Source: Patescibacteria group bacterium
Lineage (GTDB): Bacteria; Patescibacteriota; Microgenomatia; UBA10105; UBA927
Direction of reading: 5' to 3'
DNA length: 64,000 nt
NCBI GenBank assembly: GCA_023379025.1
Contig: JAMCTH010000010.1
Span: 9,088-73,087, forward strand
Below, one piece after another: positions 47,018 through 56,806 of the stretch. The notes beneath the pieces were generated by a model. It was given only the letters and a program-made list of their open reading frames with translations. It searched no databases and was not told the origin of the DNA. Each line of letters starts with the position of its first letter. Within the stretch, counting starts at the first letter, position 1. The position numbers were made by a program, and so were the translations under genes.

Positions 47018-47515
47018 TTACAGTTTGTAGCCGAATTTCCGAAGGAGGGCTTTCCTGTCCGGAACATCTCCTGCCGTTTCGACACCGAGCGGAGACCCGC
47101 CGTCCACGACCCCGAGAAGCGCTCCGCCCTGTCTGGTTCTTGCGACAATCGCCTGTACCGGATTGGCCGTGGCACAAAAAATATGGACAACCTCCGGCAC
47201 CATTTTCACGGCGTTGAGGACATTGATGGGGAACGCATTATCAAGCATCAGGACAAACACATGTCCGCATGCGATTGCCTTCGCATTCCGGGCAGCGAGA
47301 TCCGTAAGGGACGGGTCTGTTCCGGAGGTACGCACCAGTCTGGGTCCGGAAGCCTCCGCAAACGCCAGACCGAACCGTATGCCGGGTACGCTTCCGACCA
47401 TCACTTCATGGATATCCTCCACGGTTTTGATAAAGTGAGATTGTCCGATGATCACGTTTTTTGCGTCGGGATTTTTTATCGGAACGGATTTGATGTCAGG
47501 AGTCCCGGATTTCAT
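47018..47515 (-). CDS. Adenosine-specific kinase (DUF355) family protein
   Basis: N.IIGQSHFIKTVED, FG.AF.EASG, GH.F, FPIN.LN, CATANP, GVVDG. Confidence 0.92.
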   Translation of the reverse strand: MKSGTPDIKSVPIKNPDAKNVIIGQSHFIKTVEDIHEVMVGSVPGIRFGLAFAEASGPRLVRTSGTDPSLTDLAARNAKAIACGHVFVLMLDNAFPINVLNAVKMVPEVVHIFCATANPVQAIVARTRQGGALLGVVDGGSPLGVETAGDVPDRKALLRKFGYKL

Positions 47516-47526
47516 AAACCCTCCTT

Positions 47527-48357
47527 TCAGGATAAATGTTTTATAACCTCAATGATATCTCCGATTGTCCGTTTACTCGGCTTGAAGTCCGGATTTTTGC
47601 TGCTTCCGTTTAACACCATATGATGACTTGCGTGAAGAAACCAGGTCGCCTCCGGCTCTTTTTCCTTAAGATGCTCATACAGAGCTGATAAATCGATCTC
47701 GGGTTTTGGCAGACTTTTTATCCGGAGATACCCTTTCCGGTCGTCTTTTCTGACGACCAGTACATATCCCATTTTTTGCCCGAGGTGCACCACTTCGTCG
47801 TTCGTTGTCTCGACCGCAATGGCTTTACCCCACTTCGTCTCAAACTCGACTCCCTTGTCTTTGAGGTCCTTTTCCGCCCAGACTTTATTCTGGAACAGTT
47901 TATAAATCCCGTCGAGGCTCTCCATGCCGAGGGAAACGACCCGGAGCCAGTCATCGGCGTAAATAAGGCGCCACCCGTCTATCTGGGCTACCAATCCCAT
48001 ATCCCAAAAATCAGCGGTCGGGTTCGGGAAAAAAACCTCACGGAAATGGTCTATCTCATTGACGACCTGAGTGAGCCGCGCAAGCGCCTTGTCTTCTCCT
48101 TTCTCCTCGGCGATTTTGGCATAGACGAGGCTCGCGGCACAGATATCCGCATCGGTATTGTGGTGGTCGTATTTCCCATAGCCGGTATCCACATGCATGA
48201 TCTCCGGATTATCATCCGGCGGCAGTCCGTGAAGCGTCGTCCCTGCCGGGACAAATGCCAACGCTGCTTCCTCCCATCCCGGAAAAAACGTCTTAACCAG
48301 CCATACCGCAGTGATGGCGTCCAGATCCGGTCCGATATGGGTCACAATGGTTTTCAT
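47527..48357 (-). CDS. DHH/MYG1-like phosphoesterase
   Basis: IVTH..PDLDA, VDTG.G.YDHH. Confidence 0.75.
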   Translation of the reverse strand: MKTIVTHIGPDLDAITAVWLVKTFFPGWEEAALAFVPAGTTLHGLPPDDNPEIMHVDTGYGKYDHHNTDADICAASLVYAKIAEEKGEDKALARLTQVVNEIDHFREVFFPNPTADFWDMGLVAQIDGWRLIYADDWLRVVSLGMESLDGIYKLFQNKVWAEKDLKDKGVEFETKWGKAIAVETTNDEVVHLGQKMGYVLVVRKDDRKGYLRIKSLPKPEIDLSALYEHLKEKEPEATWFLHASHHMVLNGSSKNPDFKPSKRTIGDIIEVIKHLS

Positions 48358-48360
48358 GTC

Positions 48361-49788
48361 CTAATATGCCTGAGCAAATACCCACTGATGAATCGCCGGC
48401 TTTCCGCAAGAGATACAGAGCCCGTTCTGATCCCGGGTATCCAGCGGCAAACAACGGGTACTTGCTTTTGTTTCTTCCTTAATCTTTTTCTCACACGCTG
48501 GGTTTTCGCACCACAATGCCCGGATAAATCCTCGTTTTGTTGACATAATCTCTTTAAACACATCATACGTATCGGCGATATGCGTATGTTTTTCAGTAAA
48601 CTCCTTATGGCGTTCGAACAACTTCTGCTGCAAATCAGTCAACAATGCCTGAATTTCATAGGGTTTAATTTCCGTCCGCTGTTGATTATGACGGAAAACA
48701 CCCGTAAGTATTTCTTTCCGGAATTCATTCTCACCAATCTCAATACGGACCGGAACCCCTTTGAGTTCCCACTTATTAAACTTGAATCCGGCTGATTCGT
48801 TTGACCGTGCATCAACTTTTACGCGTATCTGTTGCGCTTTCAGCTGGGCCACGACGGTCTCGGCATACCGGAATACCGCGTCAGACGATCCAGGTATGGG
48901 AATAACAATCGCTTGAATAGGGGCAATGTTCGGAGGAAGAATGAGACCCTGATCATCTCCGTGTACCATAATTAATCCGCCGATACTCCGTGTGGAAAAT
49001 CCCCAACTGTTTTGCCATGGAAAGAGTTTTTCTCCTTTATCGTCCTGTACATGCCAATCAAATGCCTTAGCAAAATTCTGACCCAAATCATGTGATGTGC
49101 AACCCTGTAATGCTTTTCCGTCCGGCATAAGAATCTCGTAAGTAAAGGTTTGTTGGGCACCGGCAAATTTTTCCGTTTCGCTTTTCCTTCCGGCAATACC
49201 GTACATCGCAAGCTGTTTCTGATAGGTATCAATATACATATTCAAAGCCCAATCAACGGTATCTAATGATTCCTTATGACTCACGTGGGCACAGTGCCCC
49301 TCCTGCCACAAAAACTCGGATGTACGCAGAAACAGATAGGTTCTTTTTTCCCATCGGACGACGTTGTTCCATTGATTGATGCGTACAGGCAAATCACGAT
49401 AACTATGTGTCCACTCCTTAAACATCTCATACATTATCGTTTCCGACGTTGGTCGTACAACCAATTTTTCTTTCAGCTCTTCACCCCCGGCATAGGTCAC
49501 CACCGCCATGTGCGGTGCGAAACCGGCAACGTGTTCTTTCTCACGGTTGAGAAACTTCTCCGGAATAAAGATCGGAAAGTATGCATTTTCGACACCTCGC
49601 TCCTTAATCCGTTCATCCATAAACCGCTGGATACCTTCCCAAATTGCATACCCGTATGGCCGGATGACCATGCATCCTTTAACCGGTGCATAGTCCGCCA
49701 GTTCTGCTTTCAAAATGACATCCGTGTACCAGTCTGAAAATCGATCGCTTTTTTTAGTAAGGTTTTTCTTGCTATACGATTCCGACAT
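48361..49788 (-). CDS. proS: Proline--tRNA ligase, archaeal/eukaryotic type
   Basis: YAPVKG, RPTSET, NQW.NVVRWE, FLRT.EFLWQEGH, TSHDLGQNF, C-terminal Zn domain ending AY. Confidence 0.97.
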   Translation of the reverse strand: MSESYSKKNLTKKSDRFSDWYTDVILKAELADYAPVKGCMVIRPYGYAIWEGIQRFMDERIKERGVENAYFPIFIPEKFLNREKEHVAGFAPHMAVVTYAGGEELKEKLVVRPTSETIMYEMFKEWTHSYRDLPVRINQWNNVVRWEKRTYLFLRTSEFLWQEGHCAHVSHKESLDTVDWALNMYIDTYQKQLAMYGIAGRKSETEKFAGAQQTFTYEILMPDGKALQGCTSHDLGQNFAKAFDWHVQDDKGEKLFPWQNSWGFSTRSIGGLIMVHGDDQGLILPPNIAPIQAIVIPIPGSSDAVFRYAETVVAQLKAQQIRVKVDARSNESAGFKFNKWELKGVPVRIEIGENEFRKEILTGVFRHNQQRTEIKPYEIQALLTDLQQKLFERHKEFTEKHTHIADTYDVFKEIMSTKRGFIRALWCENPACEKKIKEETKASTRCLPLDTRDQNGLCISCGKPAIHQWVFAQAY

Positions 49789-49927
49789 AACTTCTCCTTT
49801 CAATGTCTCCTTATTCGTTACGTGCGTGTTTTTACTATATCAGAAACGGGCGTTGGTTTTAAGGTGGCGTAACACCAGGCTCTTCTGTATAATCCCTTAC
49901 GAGGGACCTGTTAATGCTTTTACCGGC

Positions 49928-50266
49928 TTAATCGGTCCCTTTATCGTATCCCTCATTTTCTAATCGACGCATATGCTCGGTATTCGATATACCGGCAAGA
50001 TACCGCACGATATCCAAATCAGTCAGCTCATCGAAACCAATTCCCTCTTCTTCGGCTAAACTCGCAATCTGATAGGCTCTCCTTTTCACTGATGCTTTAA
50101 GTGAATCACCAGTATACCCGTCGAACCGTCGGGCGATCTCGTCGTTATTCTGATCCATCCATGTGATTTCTAAAACGGCACCGTCTACCTCCCAACGAAA
50201 CGCCCGTGGCCATACGATATCTTCGTGTCTCATTGTCTCAAAAAAGTAGTTTCTGTCAATTTCCAT
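49928..50266 (-). CDS. Hypothetical protein between T-box and proS
   Basis: Strong SD AGGAGGTG upstream; 112 aa, no recognised motif. Confidence 0.65.
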   Translation of the reverse strand: MEIDRNYFFETMRHEDIVWPRAFRWEVDGAVLEITWMDQNNDEIARRFDGYTGDSLKASVKRRAYQIASLAEEEGIGFDELTDLDIVRYLAGISNTEHMRRLENEGYDKGTD

Positions 50267-50294
50267 ATATATCACCTCCTTTCTTTACGCCACC

Positions 50295-50520
50295 AAAAAA
50301 CCTCGGCTTTACCCCGATATATTAATACCGGAGCAAGGACGAGGATTCTCGTGATACCACCTTGCTTTTCCTTATCAATAAAGGAATCTTATGCACTCCG
50401 CGTTATGCGACATGCTTGCAGTCTTTTTACGGTTCTGCTTCCGTCAGCCTTAATTTCCGTCAATTCCCGGATTTCGGCTGCTGCGATTGGTCCCGACCGG
50501 ATTTCGGGACTCGTTGACGC
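50295..50520 (-). promoter_or_regulatory. T-box riboswitch (probably Pro) with intrinsic terminator
   Basis: AAGGTGGTATCACG-AGAATCCT-CGTCCTT antiterminator; terminator CCTCG..CGAGG-TTTTTT; short stem I GTCAA..TTGAC with CCG near its 3' side. Confidence 0.82.
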
Positions 50521-50576
50521 ATGTATGGACGTTAATAAGCTTTAGTATAGCGTTCTTCCATCTCAGAGTCAAAAGC

Positions 50577-51485
50577 TCAATCATGTGTTCCGGATTGATC
50601 ATGGCTGTTCTTCCCCTGGTTCTCTCCCTCACTCTGCTGCTGTTGCGTCCGCCCTGAATTGTTTTGATGATCACTCCCTTCACTCTTCCCGGAATTTGAC
50701 CCGCTACGATTTCCTGATCGGGATGTCGTATCGGAAATCTGCTGCATCTCTGCAATCGTTTGATTGATAACCTGCTGCGTCTGGTCTATTTCCAATGCCG
50801 CGGACACAACCGGAGCGGAAGTTGCCGGCGACCCGGCGGTAACCTCCGCAACGGTCGGGTGTTGTACCGGTGTAGCAGTCGGGATAGGCGGGGGCACCGT
50901 GATCCGGGTTGTAGGTCGGACAGGAATCTGTGTTGGCATGACGACCGTCGTCGGTCTTGGAGGAGGGGCAGGAACAGCGCCCGTCTGTTGGCTCCCTCCT
51001 GTTGCCGGAACAGGCGGAGTTGGAGCCGGTGTAGCTGGAACCACACCGGTTAATGATTGTTTTTGCTGCTCAAGCTGTGCCGAAGCCTGGGTCAGGACCG
51101 CAATATACTGCTGTGCCGCGGCCGCCTGTTCTGCGGGGTTGGATCCGCCGGCGATCGTTTTACCCGCCGCTTCCACCTGGTCGGTAAGATACGTCATCCC
51201 GACCACGGAATTTTTGTCGGCGAGGAGGGTGGTTGCTTCCGCAAGGCGCCGCTCGGTATATTTCATCTGGAGCGTACTGGAGGCCACGTATGACGGACTC
51301 ACCACATACGCGAGCGCTCTCTCAAGGCCCAGTTTTGTTGCATACGTACTGTCTCCCGGAAGCGCATTCCATGTGCCGACGATGAGGAGTGTCGGAACGG
51401 AAAATACGAGCAGGAATGCCCAGACGAACGAATCCAGAAAGTTACGCATCTTCTTTAGCGTATGGGAGGACGGGAGATCTGTCAA
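50577..51485 (-). CDS. DUF5667-like membrane-anchored protein with Pro/Thr-rich region
   Basis: ALPGD..Y..K...E, ERRL.EA motifs. Confidence 0.75.
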   Translation of the reverse strand: MTDLPSSHTLKKMRNFLDSFVWAFLLVFSVPTLLIVGTWNALPGDSTYATKLGLERALAYVVSPSYVASSTLQMKYTERRLAEATTLLADKNSVVGMTYLTDQVEAAGKTIAGGSNPAEQAAAAQQYIAVLTQASAQLEQQKQSLTGVVPATPAPTPPVPATGGSQQTGAVPAPPPRPTTVVMPTQIPVRPTTRITVPPPIPTATPVQHPTVAEVTAGSPATSAPVVSAALEIDQTQQVINQTIAEMQQISDTTSRSGNRSGSNSGKSEGSDHQNNSGRTQQQQSEGENQGKNSHDQSGTHD

Positions 51486-52624
51486 CCGCCGTGCAGGAGG
51501 CGGAACACATCGTGGACACTTACCAGAAGAAGAAGCGCCAAGAGGATCAGCATGCCGACCTGGTGGACGCTGCGTTCAAATGCGGGTTTCAGGCGTTTCC
51601 CGAATATTTTTTCCAGGAATACGAATGCCAGCCGTCCGCCGTCGAGCGCAGGAAACGGCAGGACATTCAGTATGGCAAGATTAAGGGACAGGATACTCGC
51701 AAATTCAAGGACTGCATAAAAACCGAATCTGACGGCCTGACCGGTAACCTCGGCAATTCCGACCGGCCCCGCGATATCTGCCTGTATCGGCTGGAGCGTC
51801 ACCGCCCGGTAAAGGAGCGCGGCAAGTGAAGCGATCATGTCCCAGGCGCGCGTAAACGTGACAACGACCGCTCTCGGAGGAGCTTCGGCCCAGGTATATG
51901 TTGTAAGCTCGACGGAGGAAATCGCTACCCCCATGGGCCCCTGGCCGGTAGGATACGTTTGCCGGGGGATAAGAACCGCCTGCGTACGTTCGGAGTTCCT
52001 GAGAATCCTGAGAACGATCGGTTGTCCGCGTAGTCGTTCCGTCAGTTTTATAAGCTGATCTGCACCAGTGATCGCGGTTGTCGTAAGCTTCGGCTCAGGG
52101 GTGATGCCGCTTTTCCCCTCGGCAAATACCGTCCCGGTCTGGTACTCGACCGACGTGATGACGTCTCCGACCCGGATGCCGGCTTTTTCCGCGGGAGATC
52201 CCGGCTGCACCATATCTACGTGGACGCGGTTTGTATCCTTCGGCTCCCCCTGGACCACCAGAAGAAACGTCATGATGCCGATGGCCAGAAGGAAATTCAT
52301 GGTGACACCGGCAAGGAGTATGGCGCTTCGTTCCAGCCTGCTTCTCCCCCAAAAATAGGTTTTGGCCTTGCGGGTATCGAGGTGTGCCGCCTGTTCCCGG
52401 TCTTCCTCATCTTCGCCTTTCAGCCGGACAAAGCCTCCGATCGGCAGCCAGTTGACGGAATAGATGGTTTTTCCGGCTTTTTTACCCCATATCCGCGGCG
52501 GCAGGCCGAAACCGAATTCTTCAACTTCGACACCGATGATCCGTGCCACGATAAAATGCCCGAATTCGTGGACAAAGATGAGAACCGTCAGAATGATAAA
52601 AAAAGTAACGATCGTGACGATCAT
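51482..52624 (-). CDS. rseP: RIP metalloprotease RseP (M50)
   Basis: HEFGH, PIGGFV, PDZ, GPVGI, NVLPFPALDGG. Confidence 0.95.
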   Translation of the reverse strand: MIVTIVTFFIILTVLIFVHEFGHFIVARIIGVEVEEFGFGLPPRIWGKKAGKTIYSVNWLPIGGFVRLKGEDEEDREQAAHLDTRKAKTYFWGRSRLERSAILLAGVTMNFLLAIGIMTFLLVVQGEPKDTNRVHVDMVQPGSPAEKAGIRVGDVITSVEYQTGTVFAEGKSGITPEPKLTTTAITGADQLIKLTERLRGQPIVLRILRNSERTQAVLIPRQTYPTGQGPMGVAISSVELTTYTWAEAPPRAVVVTFTRAWDMIASLAALLYRAVTLQPIQADIAGPVGIAEVTGQAVRFGFYAVLEFASILSLNLAILNVLPFPALDGGRLAFVFLEKIFGKRLKPAFERSVHQVGMLILLALLLLVSVHDVFRLLHGG

Positions 52625-52649
52625 ATGCTGCTTTGATGCTATGCCTGCA

Positions 52650-53213
52650 CTACACCTGCCCGAGCTCCTGTTCTTTCCGATCTCCCAATGCATCAAGTTC
52701 CGCGATCATTTCGTCCGTCAGCTCCTGGATTTTTTTCCCGGCAAGCGTGCGTTCATCCTCAGAGATTGTCCGGTCTTCTTCGTCTTTTTTGACATCCCGC
52801 ATCGCCTCGCCCCGGATCTGCCGGATCATGATCCTGCCGCCTTCCAGCTTCGTACGGGCAAGTTTGATGTATTCCTGCCTTCGCTCTTCGGAAAGCGCGG
52901 GAATAGTGATCCTGATGAGATCGCCGTCAACAACCGGCGTCAGCCCGGTGTTGGCCTCGAGAATCCCTTTTTCGATCTCCGGGGTGATCGACGGATCAAA
53001 CGGAGCGACCGCAATAGTCCGTGAATCCATCGCGGTAATCGTTGCGAGTTCCGTCAGCTTAAGCCGCTGCGAACCTCCATAGGCGGCAATCACGATGTGT
53101 TCAACAAGTGCGGGAGTGGCTCGGCCGGAATGGATGGACTGAAGGTCAGTCTTCGTGACATCTATGGCTTTGCGCATCCGGTCACGGGCCTGGTTGAGGA
53201 TAGTATCGATCAT
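52650..53213 (-). CDS. frr: Ribosome recycling factor
   Basis: GRATP, YG, P.LSEERR, IRQIR, ISEDE. Confidence 0.96.
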   Translation of the reverse strand: MIDTILNQARDRMRKAIDVTKTDLQSIHSGRATPALVEHIVIAAYGGSQRLKLTELATITAMDSRTIAVAPFDPSITPEIEKGILEANTGLTPVVDGDLIRITIPALSEERRQEYIKLARTKLEGGRIMIRQIRGEAMRDVKKDEEDRTISEDERTLAGKKIQELTDEMIAELDALGDRKEQELGQV

Positions 53214-53268
53214 CTATACGTAGTGTACGGGGAGATTGCGCTAGCGTCAAGATGCGTCAAGATGAGCG

Positions 53269-53721
53269 TTATAGTTCCAGCCGGGAAAATTTGGTCACCG
53301 TGATATTTTCCCCGACTTTGGCAATCGTCTGCTTCACCAGTGCCTCAATGGTGACCGAGCTGTCCCGGATATATGCGCTTTTCAGAAGCGCCGGGACGTC
53401 CCGGGGGTCCATGGAAGCCACCTGCAGCGCGACTTCGTGGGCAAGCGTTTTAAAATCATCCGTCCTGGCGACAAAATCCGTCTCACACCGGAGCTCGACC
53501 AGGACACCGATTTTACCGTTCGCATGGATGTATGACGCGATCAGTCCTTCTCCGGTTTCCTTCCCGGCTTTTTTTGCAGCTTTCTCCGCAGCACGCGACT
53601 CGATGAGTTTTTTGGCCTTTTCGTAATCACCGTCTGTCTCCTCGAGTGCCTCACGGCAATCGGAAACACCGGCTGATGTTTCAGCCCGAAGTTTTCTGAG
53701 ATCATCAAGAGATACTTGCAT
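53269..53721 (-). CDS. tsf: Elongation factor Ts, short form
   Basis: LR..T.AG..DC..AL, EG.I.SY.H, CETDFVA, GENI; 150 aa. Confidence 0.95.
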   Translation of the reverse strand: MQVSLDDLRKLRAETSAGVSDCREALEETDGDYEKAKKLIESRAAEKAAKKAGKETGEGLIASYIHANGKIGVLVELRCETDFVARTDDFKTLAHEVALQVASMDPRDVPALLKSAYIRDSSVTIEALVKQTIAKVGENITVTKFSRLEL

Positions 53722-53755
53722 AGACGTAACTCGCAATTGTTATATTGCTCAATTG

Positions 53756-54610
53756 TTAAACGGCGCTCGTTGTCACTTTCTTCGGTCTCCCGCGCGTTTT
53801 CTTCCCGGGAGCCGCCGTGTCAGACGGGTCTGCTGCAGACTCTTTTTCATTAACGGGTACGCTTGTTGCTGAAGAAGCCCCGGGAGTCTGTATTTCCGTA
53901 TGCGCTTCTTTCTTTTCGGATTTCTCCCTGAGTTCTTTCCCTTCCTTGTATGCGGCGGCTATGGCATGGGTCAGAAGCTGTATGGATCCGACCGCATCAT
54001 CATTTGCCGGGATCGCATAGGTGATGTCCGTCGGGTCCGTATTCGTATCTACGATCGCGATGATCGGCAGGCCGGTACGTATCGCCTCGCGCACCGCTGC
54101 AATTTCCTTTTTGATATCCACGATATAGACCGCCTGCGGGGGATTTTTCATGGCTGCCACACCACCGTAATATGCCTGCAGTTTCCCGAGGTGCCGCCCG
54201 AGTTTTACCTGTTCGTGTTTCGGGTACTTTTTCCAGACGCCGCTGTCCCGATCCGCCATCATGCTATTGCAGGTATCGATGTTCTTTTTGATGCTGTCCC
54301 AGTTCGTCAGAAACCCGCCGATCCACCGGTTGGCAAAATAGGGAGCGCCTGCGTGCTCTGCCTCCTCTTTGAGGACTCCCTGCGCCTGCCGTTTGGTTCC
54401 GACCAGGAGAAGTTCCCCTCCCCCGGCGACGAGATCCCGTACATATGAAACCGCGCGGTCAAGACCCGCCTTTGTCTTGACCAGATCTATGACATGTATG
54501 CCGTCTTTTTCGGTGTAGATAAATGTTCGTGCTTTTGGGTGCCATCGTTCGGCTTTATGTCCAAAATGACATCCTGCTTCAAGGAGTTGCTGTAAGGTAA
54601 TTTCTTCCAT
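53756..54610 (-). CDS. rpsB: 30S ribosomal protein S2
   Basis: LLEAGCHFGH, VGTK.QA, RW.GG.LTN, DTNTDP, PANDD. Confidence 0.98.
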   Translation of the reverse strand: MEEITLQQLLEAGCHFGHKAERWHPKARTFIYTEKDGIHVIDLVKTKAGLDRAVSYVRDLVAGGGELLLVGTKRQAQGVLKEEAEHAGAPYFANRWIGGFLTNWDSIKKNIDTCNSMMADRDSGVWKKYPKHEQVKLGRHLGKLQAYYGGVAAMKNPPQAVYIVDIKKEIAAVREAIRTGLPIIAIVDTNTDPTDITYAIPANDDAVGSIQLLTHAIAAAYKEGKELREKSEKKEAHTEIQTPGASSATSVPVNEKESAADPSDTAAPGKKTRGRPKKVTTSAV

Positions 54611-54722
54611 AAAAAAACGGCGCAATACGCGCCTTCGACACTCAGTGTCCCGCGTATCTCTTTCATCCTCCGCTCGCCGGTCCGCCCCTGGCGGAAGAGA
54701 TACTCATGTGAGCGTGAGTACT
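54611..54722 (-). promoter_or_regulatory. Structured rpsB 5' leader (S2 autoregulation-like)
   Basis: CACGCTC..GAGCGGAGGATGAAA and hairpins (TATCTCTT/AAGAGATA, GACACT/AGTGTC) upstream of rpsB. Confidence 0.5.
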
Positions 54723-54766
54723 CTATCTATTGTACCCCAAATCCTTTGATACCGCAAGCCGATGCA

Positions 54767-56140
54767 TTACGGAACGGGAAATTGTTTCGTCAGGGTTTTC
54801 ACCGCTTTTCCGATGGTTCTCAACCGGCTATTTGACGAGAGTTCGGATCTGACCTTCCGCAGATACGCCTGCCGTTCACCCTTATCTTCGGGGATCTCAT
54901 ACTGTGCCACCTCCCCCAGGATCTCTATCATCCACCGGGCGACGGCCTTCATCTCTTTCTCCTTCATCCCGCGGGTCGTAACCGCGGGCGTGCCCATACG
55001 GATGCCGGAGGGATAAAACGAAGAGCCGGTTTCATACGGGACGGTGTTCCTGTTGACGACGATATCGGCATACTCGAGCGCCCAGGCCGCGATCCAGGCA
55101 GACGTTTTGACGCTCCGGAGGTCCAAAAGAACAAGATGCTTATCTGTTCCTCCGGAAACGACGTCGAATCGCGCTTTGACAAACGCGTCTGCCAGAATCT
55201 TCGCGTTGACGATGACCTGCCTGCTGTAGGTTTTGAAAGACGGCTGCATCGCTTCCGCGAGGGCTACGGCGATACCTGCGATTGTATGCTCATGCGGCCC
55301 GCCCTGAAGACCCGGAAATATTGCCTGATTTACCCGTTCCGCAAGATCCTCCGTGCCTTGCGTCGACTTGACGTGTTTCGGAGTATGACGCGTAAACACC
55401 AGCGCCCCGCGGGGTCCCCTGAGTGTTTTGTGCGTCGTCATCGTAACGGCATCCGCGTAAGGAAATGGTGACGTATTGAGGCCCGACGCAACGAGTCCCG
55501 CTTCATGGGCAATATCGGCAAGATAATACGCGCCGACGTGACCGGCAATTTCTCCCATCCTTTTGTGATTGATTTCCCTGGGATATGCCGTGCCGCCGGA
55601 TATGATGAGTTTTGGATGCACGGACCGGGCCTCCCGTTCAATTGCATCATAATCAAATACCCGGGTCTTCCGGTCAACTTTATAAAAAACCACGTTCCAG
55701 ATTTTTGAGGCGAGAGTGACTTTCTTCGACGGAAGCTGCCAACCGTGTGAGAGGTGTCCGCCGTCCGGCAGGTACATAGCCATGATCGTCTCTCCGGGAA
55801 GAACGAGCGCGCTCACGACGGCGAGGTTTGCCGGACTTCCGGACAGCGCCTGAACATTTACTTCCCATGCGCTTTCCGAAAGACCGAAAAGAGAAAGTGC
55901 GCGCTTCTTGCAAAGCGCCTCAAGTTCATCGACCACACGGTTTCCCTGGTAAAACCGTTTCCCGACCTGACCTTCGGCATATTTATTGATGAAGACCGAC
56001 GACACTGCTTCCCGAACCGCTTTTGAGGTATAGTTTTCACTCGGGATCATCTCTAAAACCTCCCGTTGGCGCTTGGTTTCTTTCTGGATAATTGTATAAA
56101 GCTCAGGGTCCTGGACGTTAAGGATCATGCGGCTCATCAT
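54767..56140 (-). CDS. glyA: Serine hydroxymethyltransferase
   Basis: IPSEN, NKYAEG, NVQ..SGS.AN, GGHLSHG, TTHKTLRGPRG, GGP. Confidence 0.97.
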   Translation of the reverse strand: MMSRMILNVQDPELYTIIQKETKRQREVLEMIPSENYTSKAVREAVSSVFINKYAEGQVGKRFYQGNRVVDELEALCKKRALSLFGLSESAWEVNVQALSGSPANLAVVSALVLPGETIMAMYLPDGGHLSHGWQLPSKKVTLASKIWNVVFYKVDRKTRVFDYDAIEREARSVHPKLIISGGTAYPREINHKRMGEIAGHVGAYYLADIAHEAGLVASGLNTSPFPYADAVTMTTHKTLRGPRGALVFTRHTPKHVKSTQGTEDLAERVNQAIFPGLQGGPHEHTIAGIAVALAEAMQPSFKTYSRQVIVNAKILADAFVKARFDVVSGGTDKHLVLLDLRSVKTSAWIAAWALEYADIVVNRNTVPYETGSSFYPSGIRMGTPAVTTRGMKEKEMKAVARWMIEILGEVAQYEIPEDKGERQAYLRKVRSELSSNSRLRTIGKAVKTLTKQFPVP

Positions 56141-56178
56141 AGGCGATTTTACCGCAAAGTACAACAACCGTCCGTCCG

Positions 56179-56787
56179 TTACTTCCGCTCGCCGAGATGT
56201 TCGACCATAACCCGCAGGGGTTTGCCGCGGGGCGAAAACGTGACCCGCAGGCAGTCGGTCAAGCCTATGTATTCCTTTTCAAACGGCATCCTCGTATAGA
56301 GCGGTTTCCCGCCGTATTTGAATTTGACGCTCATGATCGGGTCGCCGTGGGAGACGACTACGATCTCCTCCCCCCGATACCGCCTGACCAGTTCCCTGAT
56401 GGTCCGGTCCATGCGCCGGAAGACATCGCTCAACCGTTCTCCCCCGGCGCGGATAAGGTGTGGCTGGAAAAAACGGAAGTGTATGGATTCCATATAGGGT
56501 AAGGGTTTTCCCTGGAGCGGCGTTTTGATATCCATAAGCCTGTTATCCGTCAAAACGGTGAGGTGGTGCGGCTTGGCGATGATCTCGGCAGTTTCCCTGG
56601 TGCGGGTCAGCGGGCTTGCGACAACGGCAGCGATGGGTTTGCCGGAAAGCGCCCGTGAGAGAACCTCTGCCTGCTTCCTCCCGCGCGGGCTCAGCGGAAA
56701 CCCCGGCAATCTCCCGTGAAAAATATTTTCCGGGTTTTCAAATTCTCCATGCCGACAGAGATAGACGATAGTTCCGGATCCTTGCAT
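56179..56787 (-). CDS. Histidine phosphatase family protein
   Basis: RHGE, SPL.R..ETA, GGE, VSHGD. Confidence 0.92.
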   Translation of the reverse strand: MQGSGTIVYLCRHGEFENPENIFHGRLPGFPLSPRGRKQAEVLSRALSGKPIAAVVASPLTRTRETAEIIAKPHHLTVLTDNRLMDIKTPLQGKPLPYMESIHFRFFQPHLIRAGGERLSDVFRRMDRTIRELVRRYRGEEIVVVSHGDPIMSVKFKYGGKPLYTRMPFEKEYIGLTDCLRVTFSPRGKPLRVMVEHLGERK

Positions 56788-56806
56788 AAGCTATCTCCCT
56801 TAAGTA

